Assembly (NCBI GenBank): GCA_000004985.1
Contig: GG738880.1
Direction: 5' to 3' (one strand)
Source of the DNA: Naegleria gruberi
Taxonomy: Eukaryota
Length of the DNA stretch: 64,000 bases
The stretch's first letter is position 1. The number at the start of each line of letters is the position of its first letter. Of the stretch, positions 53,801 to 64,000 are shown piece after piece. A model generated the notes under the pieces. The model worked only from the letters and a program-made list of their open reading frames with translations, had not been told where the DNA came from and ran no database searches. The translations under genes were made by a program, and so were the position numbers.

Positions 53801-55630
53801 CAAAGTGATTTAATCTCATTGAATAAGTTTCTGGTGTTAGATCTGTTTCATTAGAATAAGTAATACAATCAGATTTTCCAAATAAGGTAATAAGTGATTT
53901 GTTTTGCATAATCTTGTACATATTACACAAAACTGAATCATAAAATACAATATTACCATCAATGGGATCTACTGACAAACGGTTAACAGATTTTCCAAAC
54001 AATGTATCGTTACCAACAAACACATCAAGAATTCCATTACTGTCAACTGTAAAAATTGACCCAACACTGCCAATAAATATCTTTGAATCATTCATCATAA
54101 CTGATCCTATTTTGATTGATGAATTAGAAGCCAAGCCCCCATATTGAACTTCATTATGAGCGTGGTATCCTCCAATTATTGTTGTCATTACTCCACTCAC
54201 ATCAATTTTCATCACTGCTGTAGTGTTGGCAAAGTACAGATTATCAGAGTTTTCAAACAATGAAATTGAAGTACCAACAGGTGAATTAATGGCAAGAGTT
54301 TCACCTACAACATAGGAAATGCCAAACGAATCTGTTCTTCCATTACCAGCAATAATAGTAGAAATACCATTCGTATATTTGTGAATGAATGGAACAGCAG
54401 CTTGGTAGGCATATCTCAACTCTCCACTCTGCTTATCCACAATAAATTGTGAAACAGTATTCAAATTGGTATTGTTTGCCAGAGTTGGCTCATTATTTCT
54501 CACAAAATATTTGGTTGAGCATTCTCCTGCAATAACAGCATTTGAAGTTCTATTGTAAATAAATCTTGTTCTTTCTGAAACAATTACATTACCAAATGAA
54601 TCAATCAAATAGGCATATGGTGAATTAATTCCTGTATTATTCAATACAGCTTGTTGAGCAGTATTAATTTCATAAGCTAAAATTGGTTGACCATTAGCAC
54701 TCGACATGTAGAGAGTTTCTCCAAATTTAACTAGTTTAGTTGGATAGAGTGTTGGATCATACACTACAGTTTGCATTTGTCTTGTATTCAAATCGATAGC
54801 TGTAAGTTTTCCAACAATTGCTTCGACCACAAATAATGTATATCCATCTAAAACCAATCCTTGAGGATTTCCAAGTGAAACTTTAGCAGCCCCAACCGTA
54901 TTAATATTACCATCACCTGCTACAGTGGTTATGTTACGATAAATCATATCATACATTCTCACTTTGTTATTGCTTGTATCTGAAATATACATGTATCGTC
55001 CAGTTTCGGATATAGCAAGGCCCATTACACCATTAAATTGAATTGTTTCCATTGGATTATTATCACCACCGTAACCAGAACTACCACAAACTCCAACAAA
55101 ATCCTCAATAATATTCGTCATCAAATTTACCCTTCTAACGCAACTGTTACCAGCATCTAATATGTTTCGAATAAAAACAAAATAAACATTCATGACATAC
55201 CTGCAATATAAACATATCCTCCAAACTCAACAATATCCAAAGGGTTTGCAAGTATGGCCAAAGTAGCCAAAACACCATTTCCATAATATCCATAGGCATA
55301 ACTTCCAGCAAATTGTGAAATTTTTCCATCACTTGAAATTCGTCTAATAACATCATGTCCAGAATCGACAATATAAATCGTATTATTTGAGCCCATTTTC
55401 ACAACCTCTATCGTATCCAAACATGCCATTTTAGCATCCAATCCATCGCCATACTTGTTGAGTGAATTCAATGACATGCCACCAGCAAGTAAAGTGGAAG
55501 TTGTTGAATATTTGAAGGAACCTGAAGGATTGGACTTGGCAGTTGTTGTTATCGAAAGGAGGAGTAACAACAGTGCATGTAGTAGTACAGCCACTGACAG
55601 CAGTGAGATCAATGACGTGGGATTTGGCAT
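50853..55630 (-). CDS. Adhesion-GPCR-like receptor: signal peptide, NHL beta-propeller repeats, GAIN/GPS motif, 7TM and a C-terminal RGS domain (1577 aa)
   Basis: Exon 1 (55201..55630) encodes MPNPTSLISLLSVAVLLHALLLLLLSITTTA, a signal peptide, plus the first NHL blade (IYIVDSGHDVIRRISSDG...FAG...GGYVYIA). Intron 55157..55200 (44 nt, GTATGT..ATTAG, phase 1). Exon 2 (50853..55156) continues DAGNSCVRRVNL..., holds many more NHL-like blades (YISDTSNNKVRMYD, ...) and then a GPS motif, ERLWKTDGCKTLVDQSNGIIDCQCNHTTTFSAF (W..C..C.C.H.T.FA). Seven hydrophobic helices follow (IVVSSILIVLAIVAIVGLIITS ... YLIVGYIFEVIYNLLLILSFGGLVSIISIY). It ends in an RGS box: LCQVFEQFAKTEHSLENVIFWKKL...IEKEFTEWNENFVATNSPMEINFS...LKDMYCALMVNLDDTFSRFFITS, compare RGS4 AFKAFLKSEYSEENIDFW...IYNEFISVQATKEVNLD...IFNLMEKDSYRRFLKS. 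Confidence 0.8.
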
Positions 55631-55962
55631 GTATCAAAATGTCAAGTAGTTGTTTTTGATTTTTTTTGGAGTGGATTGAAAGTTTGTTGGGTTGACTGCA
55701 AATTGGTAGGTTCTGGTCTGTTCGTTGGTAGTTTCTGCTGATCACTAGATTTTGATTAAACTGTTTATTTTGATTACCATAGTCTAAAAGTGTACCATTA
55801 CCTATTTACAATATTTAATGATCAATAGTTACATTTCGATATTCACTTTGTAAAAGATTAACAATGAACATTATTAATAATTGCTTCATTAGGTATTTCT
55901 AAAAGATATTTCCCCATTAGTCAATTACAAAGTATTTTATTTACAATTTGATAATTCAATAA

Positions 55963-56313
55963 TTACATTTCAATATGCACCTTGTAAAGTGATGGGAAGT
56001 TTTGATGTGGAATTTGAGCCATCTTTTTAACACAATCACTGATATTTCTCATTTCAGTCATAGCCTTTTGGAATTTCTCTGGAGATTCCCAATGAGCATA
56101 ATTAATATATTGATATTGAGATTTTTCCATATCAAGTGCCTTATGAAGAGAGGTGTGAATGTAACCATCTTGTTTCTTCAAGAATTGAGCACATTCAACC
56201 CAAGCCAATTCAAATTCCTTTTCATCTTTGCTGTCAATATGGAATGGATTCATTAAGATGACATGTTTAGTTTTCATGGATTTCAATGGACAGTTTGGAT
56301 TGTTGAAGAACAT
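55963..56313 (-). CDS. Small ABM/Dabb-like (antibiotic-biosynthesis-monooxygenase fold) protein; tentative
   Basis: 116-aa ORF, ...VILMNPFHIDSKDEKEFELAWVECAQFLKKQDGYIHTSLHKALDMEKSQYQYINYAHWESPEKFQKAMTEMRN.... The pattern fits the ferredoxin-like ABM/stress-responsive dimeric alpha+beta barrel (a beta-strand, helix with E/F, then HxxL...WxSxExxxA). No catalytic assignment is possible. Confidence 0.4.
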   Translation of the reverse strand: MFFNNPNCPLKSMKTKHVILMNPFHIDSKDEKEFELAWVECAQFLKKQDGYIHTSLHKALDMEKSQYQYINYAHWESPEKFQKAMTEMRNISDCVKKMAQIPHQNFPSLYKVHIEM

Positions 56314-56532
56314 GTTGAGTTGATTAGGGCAGTATTATATCTTAATTAGATTTGCTTGTTTTTTTCAAATTGTTGTTTGATTCAATTGTCCAAAAGTGTT
56401 TCTTTAAATAGTCCGCAAAAATTACTCCACCAAATTTCTCTCCAAGCAAACAGAGGACAGTTTCAAAAAGACTGAGGACATTTTTCATATCTCTCTTATG
56501 TGAGTGGATATTTTTGAAATGATAGGAAGGGA

Positions 56533-58062
56533 TTATTCTTCTCTAATATCCTCTAATTTCTCTAATAACTTGTCAACTGTGAGCTTTTTGTAATTTTCGA
56601 ATATGTCTTTGAAAAATAGAATCAACTCTTTGGAGAGAATTCTCTGGGTTTCTAAGAGTGCTATCTTTTCAGAGAGGCTTTTCTTGGCAGGAATCTCTCC
56701 TGTGGAAACATAGAACATAGTGGCTGCGTATGAATACAAATCCTCTACTTTTGAATGATTTCCTGTTCCAGAGCTATAATCATGCTTTCCTCTAAACGAA
56801 ACAGATTCAACAGTATTTTCAATAACTCTGCCAAAATCTCCCAAAGCTATTGAAATTTCTTCATTTTGTAATTTTTTGATAAACACATTGCATGGTGAAA
56901 TGTCACAATGAATTTTTTCCTTATCATGTAGGTCCTTCATTCCTTTGAGTAATTGCTTTGAAATCTCCAATATCATCTTGTTGGAAAACTTTTTTCGTTC
57001 TAATAATGTTCCGTGTTCAAAATATTCCATGAAATAATACACCTTATTATCCTTAACAAAAATCTTATTGAAATGAATCAAGTAATTGCTGTTGATATTT
57101 GCAATTTTGACTTCCTCTAATGCCTCCCTCACTGTAGCAGTGTGTAATACTCGCACTACTACATTCTCTTTTCCAGTATTCACTTTATAAATTAGAGCAT
57201 CTCCACCTTTTCCCAATTGCACTATATCGCTCTCTCCACATACTAGCAAATCCATAATCACTTTTCTTGGTTCTGTATACATTTTCAGATGAACTACTCG
57301 ATCCTTCTTATTAAGAGGAGCCAATTTTCTAATCATTACTTGAATGTCATTATCATCATTGACAATTATTGAACTATTGTTGAATTCATATTTACATATA
57401 AAATCTATTGTTGACTCTAAAGCTAATTTACTTCTGCATGCTTGTGTGAATGTAGCAAAAGATTCAAGATTTTCCTTTGTAAAACTTGTGTCTACCTTTC
57501 CATCATAATTTGTTTTCAAATTCAAAATTAGTGGGAATTTTTGTTTCGTATCAAGTTTTCTGAACTCACGAGGAACAAAACTAAATTCTGAAATCATCAC
57601 TTTCACATCGTCATCATCACTGACAACTTCCAAACTTGAATTATCTTTTCCCTTCAAAAGAAAACAATCCTCCTCAATTCCAATTAATTCAATCAGTTTC
57701 AAATAACTAATTTCCGTTGATATCCTAATCCACCTGTCCCTAAACAAAATTTCCATACCATTTGGTGATCCGACACTCGCAGTAGAACTATTCGATAGAG
57801 AGGTTGAATATTCTTCATCATTCAAAACTCTAGATATTGATGTTTTACTAGAATTACTACTTCGTATCGTTACACTCGTTGGAGAGCAAGAGAGTGGTGA
57901 TAGACCACCCCCTTCCGATTTTAAATCTAAAATATTCTCATCATCAGCACCTGGGTTGGAAATAATCGTCACCTCTGATGTTGGTAATTTTGAGGTTGTT
58001 TTGAAGAATTTGTTGAGCCACATTTTTTTAAAGTTTCTTTTCGTATTTGAAAGATAAGTCAT
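56533..58062 (-). CDS. PB1–PB1–protein-kinase-like protein (MEKK-like architecture) with an atypical catalytic motif set; probable pseudokinase
   Basis: 509 aa. There are two PB1-like modules (...RWIRISTEISYLKLIELIGIEEDCFLLKGKDNSSLEVVSDDDDVKVMISEF...; ...IDFICKYEFNNSSIIVNDDNDIQVMIRKL...KDRVVHLKMY). The kinase fold has QLGKGGDALIYKV (Gly loop), VVVRVLH (beta-3 Lys replaced by Arg), HCDISPCNVF (in place of HRDLKPxN), DFG retained, and no clear APE. Confidence 0.65.
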   Translation of the reverse strand: MTYLSNTKRNFKKMWLNKFFKTTSKLPTSEVTIISNPGADDENILDLKSEGGGLSPLSCSPTSVTIRSSNSSKTSISRVLNDEEYSTSLSNSSTASVGSPNGMEILFRDRWIRISTEISYLKLIELIGIEEDCFLLKGKDNSSLEVVSDDDDVKVMISEFSFVPREFRKLDTKQKFPLILNLKTNYDGKVDTSFTKENLESFATFTQACRSKLALESTIDFICKYEFNNSSIIVNDDNDIQVMIRKLAPLNKKDRVVHLKMYTEPRKVIMDLLVCGESDIVQLGKGGDALIYKVNTGKENVVVRVLHTATVREALEEVKIANINSNYLIHFNKIFVKDNKVYYFMEYFEHGTLLERKKFSNKMILEISKQLLKGMKDLHDKEKIHCDISPCNVFIKKLQNEEISIALGDFGRVIENTVESVSFRGKHDYSSGTGNHSKVEDLYSYAATMFYVSTGEIPAKKSLSEKIALLETQRILSKELILFFKDIFENYKKLTVDKLLEKLEDIREE

Positions 58063-58158
58063 TATTGGAAATGAACCGAGGTGTTGAATATGATAACATT
58101 GTTAATATCCATGAAATTTGTAATATATTTAAATAATATTAACAAATATTGAAAAAAA

Positions 58159-59589
58159 ATGAAACATTTTAAATCTTGTTTTTCATCATCATTCAAGACA
58201 CTCTCACAACATCAAAGTAATAATAATAATAATGTAGTGGTACTATTAAATAATAGCCAAGGCTTCATCAAGAGAAATATCTATCAGAGACCACAGCCTA
58301 AATTGTATGTTTTTTTAAAAATCATCATCGGAATGAATAATCGGAATGAATAATATTTAATAATATATTTGAAATATAAATTGATGATAATATAGAACAC
58401 TTTTTGATAGAAATCAAGTTAGAAAACATAAAGAATACTCACTTAAATGTACAGATGGAAAGGAAGGAGAATATGATTATGTAAAGGCTATTATTGCCAA
58501 TAGTATTGTGGATAGATTGAGTGTAGGTTTGTTAAATATTATTATTGTGGATTTATCATGTGGTGGATTTAAAGTATTTCTCGAAATCATTAAAGAGTGT
58601 TTGTGAAATTGGATGTGGAAAGGGATTTTTAATTGATAGACTATTGAATAAGACAATTATTGATTTTTTACCACCTGACGAACGTAAAACTGCTTTAGAA
58701 CAAGCAAAGAAAAACAAATCATCAATTGGAGAAACCGAACTTAATTATCCAGTATTGCATTTCCAAGGAATTGAAAATTATACACTTTGTGACCAAAGTC
58801 AATTGCATTTGGATGCTATTCAAATACCGAGTGATTTAGGATTAATTAAAGGAAATACTATCAAGAATATTACTAAAGTGCATTTGGATGAGGATGGTGC
58901 ATCACTGCCGTTTGAGGATAATTCATTGGATTGTGTAGTTGCTGGATTCTATTTGCATTGGGTAAATGATTTACCAGGATTTTTAAAGGAAGTGGAAAGA
59001 GTATTGAAACCTGACGGTGCATTTGTTGGAGCATTACTTGGAGGAAATACTTTATCAGAGTTGAGAACAAGTTTCGTCCTTTCTGAACAGGAAAGAGAAG
59101 GAGGTGTTTCTCCACACGTCTCCCCACTCAGTTCCATTGAGGATGCAGGAAATGTCTTGACAAGAGCAGGTTTTAAATTACCAACAATCGATGCCGAAAC
59201 AATCAAAGTATACTATCCTGATCCATTCACTTTAATGCACCACTTACAAGGAATGGGAGAAAATAATGCCTTATTCAAGAGAAGAACTGTTATTTCCAGA
59301 CAAACATTAATAGGAGCTGCAGCCATTTATGATCACATGTTTAGAGAAAATGATAGAGGAGTGCCAGCAACCTTTGAGGTTATTCACATGATTGGATGGA
59401 AGCATGACGAAAGTCAACCAAAGTAAGTTATTTCCTAAATATTTTGAATTCTAATTATTGTAAAAAAGACCCGCTAAAAGAGGTTCAGGAACTCTATCAA
59501 TGAAAGATTTTGCTAAAGAAATAGGTACACAATTACATGTCGCTGTTGATGATGAATCAAATCCAGGTAGTTCTTGTAGCACAAAATAA
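58159..59589 (+). CDS. Complex I assembly factor NDUFAF5 (SAM-dependent methyltransferase fold), a 4-exon model
   Basis: Exons 58159..58304, 58396..58522, 58575..59422 and 59469..59589. Introns: 58305..58395 (GTATGT..ATATAG), 58523..58574 (GTAGGT..TAAAG) and 59423..59468 (GTAAGT..AAAAG). The spliced protein reads ...QRPQPKL|TLFDRNQVRKHKEYSLKCTDGKEGEYDYVKAIIANSIVDRLS|YFSKSLKSVCEIGCGKGFLIDRLL...CVVAGFYLHWVNDLPGFLKEVERVLKPDGAFVGALLGGNTLSELRTSFVLSEQEREGGVSPHVSPL...ATFEVIHMIGWKHDESQPK|PAKRGSGTLSMKDFAKEIG.... It is collinear with human NDUFAF5, including the N-terminal IFDRDLKRKQK...DYLKEEVGSRIADRVYDI and the C-terminal PAERGSATVSFGELGK. Confidence 0.85.
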
Positions 59590-59737
59590 AATTCCTTCCT
59601 CTCTTCAAAATATATAAAAGACCTATTCTAAATTTTTAATCTTCCAATCTGATTCCTTCTCTCCTTTCTCAATTGTAACTTCCAAACTCTTATCATTTAC
59701 CAAAATCTTTGCGATTTTAGTAATGTGTGAAATAAAA

Positions 59738-60019
59738 TCAACCTACCAACATGCAAGCTCTCAAATCTTCCCATTCATTTCTACAACCATTTTCAACACC
59801 CTTTCCTTTCAAAAAAGTATTTGAGTACCAATCATCAAAACAATATTTATAAGCAGCCTCCAACTTTGGACATTCCTTCTCCAAATTTACATTAAAAGTG
59901 TGTTGAGTAATTGTTCCTCTTTCACTATCCTTACGTGTTTCCTCTCTAACATTATAGAATGATGATTCCGATGATGAATTCTCTCCTCCTCCAATAGTAG
60001 CACTTTCTTGTGATGACAT
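59738..60019 (-). CDS. Twin Cx9C protein, TRIAP1/Mdm35-like (mitochondrial intermembrane space)
   Basis: 93-aa ORF with CPKLEAAYKYC and CRNEWEDLRAC (two Cx9C pairs) flanking DDWYSNTFLKGKG, matching the TRIAP1/Mdm35 core CxxxxxxYxxCFNxWFxEKFLKG...C. Confidence 0.6.
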   Translation of the reverse strand: MSSQESATIGGGENSSSESSFYNVREETRKDSERGTITQHTFNVNLEKECPKLEAAYKYCFDDWYSNTFLKGKGVENGCRNEWEDLRACMLVG

Positions 60020-60214
60020 TTTTTAAAAAAATTAAATTTTATCTTTTCTTTAAAATTGCAATTTGGGAAGATTTAATCTGCAATTTTAAGTTCTATTCCA
60101 ATAGACCTAACTGCCATCATGAATTATTTACATTCACTATTCTAAAATTCAAAGGCTTTTTATCAAAGTTTAAAATTTATTTTTAAATTCAATCAAAAAA
60201 AAATTGAATAAAAA

Positions 60215-61687
60215 ATGCAAAAACTTTCCAACAACAAGAAATTTATTCATCAACTCATTCATCACACTCTCAAGAGTGGTAGTACTACTGTTACATACGG
60301 AGGAGGGAGGCAATCAGCATTATCAATTTTGAATAATTTTAATGGACAACAACAATTTTTCAGAGAATTACAACAATTGAGAAGGTTTTCATCATGCCAA
60401 TTATTAAAATCAACAACAACACCTCCTACTCCTACTCCAACATCAAATCAGAATAATGCTAATAATTCCGTAGCCTCTACTTCCACCAATGAAGCAAAAA
60501 GCACAGAAAACACCACACCACAAGCTAATACTACTACTGCTGCTGAACAAACTCCTCAAGAAACACCAAAACGTTCTAAATATTATGATGTAGACCTTGG
60601 AAGAGAATTAACACAAGAGGAAATTCTTCAAAAACAAAGGAAGAGAAAGTATTTATATGCCTTCCTTGTTTTTGCAGCAATTGGTGGTATTATTACTCTT
60701 GGATTGTACAAGGCAATGATTGAAATTCAAAATTTGACTGTCTTCTCGGATATGGTTGAAACTTTATTTATTAATAATGATAGAGAATTAGTTCTTAATG
60801 CAGAGAGTGCAGTTTTGGAAAGTTTTAAATATTTGGACGAATTCAAATTCTCTGACGAAATGTTACAAAATTTCCACGCAATTTTTGGAGATTTTGAGTC
60901 CATGAAGTCTATTAAACTTTTAGGACCTAATTTTGTTGAACAAACAGTTCACAGACTTTACCTCGTTTCAAAAGAGTATGTGTTAATAGTATTTGAATGA
61001 TTTACATTATTTTATAGAAATATTCCAGGAGGAAAATACGGAGCTTTTGATATGGAATCGAGATTATACTATTTCTTCCCTATTGTTAATAAGGATACAG
61101 GTGCTACTTCTGCATTAAAAGTTACATTTTATGTTAATGATAAACATACAGCTGACCTGAGAGCTAGAAGAGAAAAGACAAAGAAAGATATGGAAGAAAG
61201 ACAAAAGAAAGAAAAGGAAGCTAGATATCAAAAAGAAAAAAGAGATAAAATCAATGATGAAAGAATTAAAAAAGGAGAAGCTCCACTTGAAGAACCAGAA
61301 CCAGAACCAATAGTAGAAGAGCCAAAGGAAGAAAAACCTATTTTTGTTCCACCAGTAATTTTGGAAAGTATTCACTTGTGTGATCCAGCTCAACTTGCTG
61401 AAGCATTCGAAGAAAATTTCTTTGCTCAACATGACAAGCATCATTTATATGGACTTAAGGAATTATCATATTCTTGGCCTTTTGGTCAAACATATAATGG
61501 AGGAAAATCAGAAATTCAAATCTTTAAAAATCCTGAACTTGCTGACAAAATTCCAGTTATAATAACACAGCTTGGTGCCATTAATATGCCTTCACCAATC
61601 CAAAAAGTAGGACATTTTTATTTAGAAAATCTTGACAATGAACGAGTGAAATTGGATTTGAGATCATCTTTACCAACCTCAAATTAA
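60215..61687 (+). CDS. Mitochondrial-type membrane protein (presequence-like N-terminus, single TM, K/E-rich coiled segment); the TIM21-like assignment is tentative
   Basis: Two ORF-track ORFs joined by intron 60976..61017 (42 nt, GTATGT..TTATAG, phase 2): exons 60215..60975 and 61018..61687, 476 aa. The N-terminus is R/S/T-rich (LKSGSTTVTYGGGRQSALS..RRFSSCQLLKS) and there is one TM (YLYAFLVFAAIGGIITLGLY). The downstream region, ...LLGPNFVEQTVHRLYLVSKE|NIPGGKYGAFDMESRLYYFFPIVNKDTGATSALKVTFYVND, loosely resembles the Tim21 IMS domain. The C-terminal ~180 aa are unassigned. Confidence 0.5.
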
Positions 61688-61707
61688 ATACATTTCTATT
61701 TATTCAA

Positions 61708-64000
61708 TTACTGTACATTTTGTAAAAATGAATTTTTTAACAGCTCATCATTACTCTTGGAAATTGTAGTCAAGACATCTGTAAAATACTTCTTGTAAAA
61801 ATCAAATACTTCTGGTTTTGCTTCTTTTAACTGATCCATTAAAGAAAGTAATTTTTCGAAATGTTTCTTTGACTGATTCAGCGTTATGAACAGCTTACTT
61901 TCCACATTTCTTAAATCATCAACTCTAGAACAAACACTCTCCCAATAATTGTCATCTTTTCCAATTAACAAACAGAATAAATGTAGAATACTTACTTTCG
62001 GATCTTGTTGCCTCCTGAAGACTATTCTTGAAAAACTCAACTACATCTGGTTGATTCAAATTTTTAGTGGCATTTGTCTGAATACCTAAATTAGACAAGC
62101 TCTTATCTTGATCCTCCGTGGCAACTGGGGTTGATACTTCTTTCTGTACAATTTGAACACTTGGAACACTTTTGATAACATCTCGTGTCTGTTCACAAAA
62201 ATCTCGTTGTGCTTCAATAATGGTTTCCTCCAAAGCCTCAGAGCAACCCTCAATTAACCCCTTAGACTCCTCAGCTAGAACTACAAATAAATCATCATGT
62301 TCCTTCAAAGTATCTTCTAGATATTCGTTCAACATTTCTATTAGATTTTCTCTGAAGGCTGTTACTCCAAGACTTAAATTATTTTTCATCTCTTCAGTTA
62401 TTGATTCAAACTTTGCAGCTGCCTGCCTATCGGTTTCTGGCTTTCTTTCCTGTATTTGGCGTATCATATCCTCGTTTGCTTTCTCTTCTTTCAGTTTTTT
62501 GATATATTCATCCTTTTCCTTGATTAACTTGACATGGTTTTGGATTTCTGCTGTTTTTTCATCTAAATCCTCTTTTATAATCTTGACATCTCTTAAGAAT
62601 AAAGTTTTTGTGCGCTCCAGCTCTTTAGCCTGCATCTTGATCGACGTTTCCATTAGCTTTAATCGTTCCTTTATATCCAGGCTATAGTCCTCTCCCTCAT
62701 ATTTTACCGGTATTGAATGTAACCAATCATGATAGTCCTCCAACTCCTTTTGTCTTCCTCTTTGATCTTTTTCAATTTCCTCAAGAGTCTCCAATTTTTT
62801 GTAAAATCTTGTGTGTACATTAACCTCATCTGAGTTTAATATGGAAACAGGCCCCATCCCTTTGTTATTAATGAAATCTCTTAATTGCTTATTTTCCTCT
62901 CTTAATTTTGAATTTTCCTCAGTTAAATTTGCAATTCTCTATTTGGATAAGAGGGCAATTATTGATCATACTTACCGAAGAGGCTTTTGAATTTTGTTCA
63001 ACTGTTTTTCTAAGCCTGTCGATTTCTTTTTCATACCTCTTGATTAAAATAGAGTCGTCAATCATTTCATTGACTTTGGCGTTGAGAACTACTCTTTTGG
63101 CTCTGTCTGCGAACTTTAAAGTAGAAAGTGATTCATCATAAGCCAATACTGATGATGAAACAGTAGCAACGAAAACTGTCTTGGTATTTCCTCCAAGTGA
63201 GTCCTGAAGTAGTCTTGTAAGTTTTGAATCTCTAAAAGGTATGTGACTTCTATTACTTTGCATCAATGCTGAGATACAATTACCAAGGGCAGATAAACTC
63301 AAATTGATAGAGTTCATTTCTTGAATTCTTCTATCTCCCATTTTGTTTGAATATATGGTGTTCCATTTTTCCTTATTAAATTTGTGAGATTTTTAATTCT
63401 TTGATTCCAAGTACTTACACTACCAGCCAAATCGACAAGATTTAACTTTGATACCTTGACGAATGCCTCTTCCTGGTTGCTTGGGTTTACAGGCTCTTGC
63501 TCGATAAACATTTGGAAAATTGTATGTGATCTACTTGATCTCTCGTTCATGTCAGTAGAAGAAATACTTCTGTTCTTTGCTCCCTTCTCCATTAAAGCGA
63601 AAATCTCCTCCTCCTTAGATACGCATACTGTAGTCAGATCTTGAACATAAACACCTCTTTTTCTGTCCTCTCTAACATCCAAATGACTAACCTTATCATT
63701 ATAATTTAACAGATCGAAAATTTTCTCATTATAAATCTCCAAATATGAACAATAAACTCTATACTTGATACTCTTTTTTGTTTTTTTAATGTGCTGAATA
63801 ATCTGCTCCACAGATCTAGGTATAATACCTCTTCTTTCATCGTGTAAAATGGTTGACTTGGATTGAATTATCTTTAAACCAAATATAAAATTGAAAACTT
63901 ACCATTGAATTTTCTCCATTAAAATTTTCTGAACTAAAGTCTATTCCCATCATTCTGTTATAAATTGTTATTCCTCATTCCGCCTCAGTCAATTAAAAAC
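61708..64000 (-). CDS. Kinesin (N-terminal motor domain plus coiled-coil tail); the 5' end lies beyond the window edge
   Basis: Exons in the window: 63903..63954 (phase-1 start; ...[18 protein letters not shown]), 63419..63856 ([19 protein letters not shown]...[19 protein letters not shown]...[14 protein letters not shown]...[10 protein letters not shown]), 62976..63371 (EKWNT...[12 protein letters not shown]...[23 protein letters not shown]...[11 protein letters not shown]...[22 protein letters not shown]...KASS), 61996..62938 and 61708..61955 (the last two encode the coiled-coil tail). Introns: 63857..63902, 63372..63418, 62939..62975 (37 nt) and 61956..61995 (40 nt), all GTAAGT and all phase-consistent. 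Switch I (SSRSH), switch II (DLAGS) and the neck are all present. Confidence 0.85.

Noticed and set aside
58523-58574. Read-through of the NDUFAF5 intron giving an alternative SAM-like motif (VDLSCGGFK)
   Set aside because: Unspliced translation runs ...DRLSVGLLNIIIVDLSCGGFKVFLEIIKECL and then stops. The spliced form restores exact collinearity with NDUFAF5 (19 residues between DR and GCG). The intronic motif is judged coincidental.
61708-64000. Assignment of the kinesin to kinesin-2 (IFT motor)
   Set aside because: The neck and L11 region resemble KIF3 only loosely, and the motor N-terminus is outside the window. Family-level assignment is not supportable from this fragment.

Overview
The first 12,353 bases are an assembly gap (all N). 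The remaining ~51.6 kb is compact, AT-rich nuclear DNA from a eukaryote. It holds about 33 protein-coding genes, roughly one per 1.6 kb, with short intergenic spacers. Nearly all introns are 37–57 nt, with one of about 170 nt; donors are GTAAGT, GTATGT or GTTAGT and acceptors end in (A/T)AG. Several proteins carry N-, Q-, S- or His-rich low-complexity tracts, which suggests an amoebozoan or slime-mould-like or other AT-rich protist genome. The presence of alpha-tubulin N-acetyltransferase (ATAT1/MEC-17) and a kinesin suggests an organism with stable or axonemal microtubules. I cannot name the species from sequence alone.

Genes I can support by homology read directly from translations:
- formate-THF ligase (5' end lost in the gap)
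- MOB kinase activator
- Cks1
- NDUFV2
- BABAM2/BRCC45-like
- ubiquitin-L40
- Ulp1/SENP SUMO protease
- a ~2000-aa TPR/FAT protein with a catalytically dead PI3K-like (PIKK) domain
- ATAT1 with a Y/S/P/Q-rich tail
- NDUFAF7 (MidA)
- a GNAT acetyltransferase
- mitochondrial Met-tRNA formyltransferase
- a SAM plus Sel1-repeat protein
- PLPBP (YggS/PROSC)
- a small HSP
- a receptor combining a signal peptide, NHL repeats, a GAIN/GPS motif, 7TM and an RGS domain
- a PB1–PB1–kinase-like protein
- NDUFAF5
- TRIAP1/Mdm35-like
- a kinesin (5' end truncated by the window edge)
- several hypothetical proteins

I worked out intron/exon structures by hand and give them in the evidence fields. I found no rRNA, tRNA, CRISPR or transposon signatures; this is eukaryotic nuclear DNA. 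The most unusual element is the NHL–GAIN–7TM–RGS fusion receptor. Secondary oddities:
- a kinase-dead PIKK-like giant protein too short to be TRRAP
- E2F-like GGCGCC promoter motifs upstream of cks1 and the C1-folate gene
- an apparent frameshift in cks1
- a degenerate Arf-like GTPase
- convergent genes whose stop codons are 1–5 nt apart
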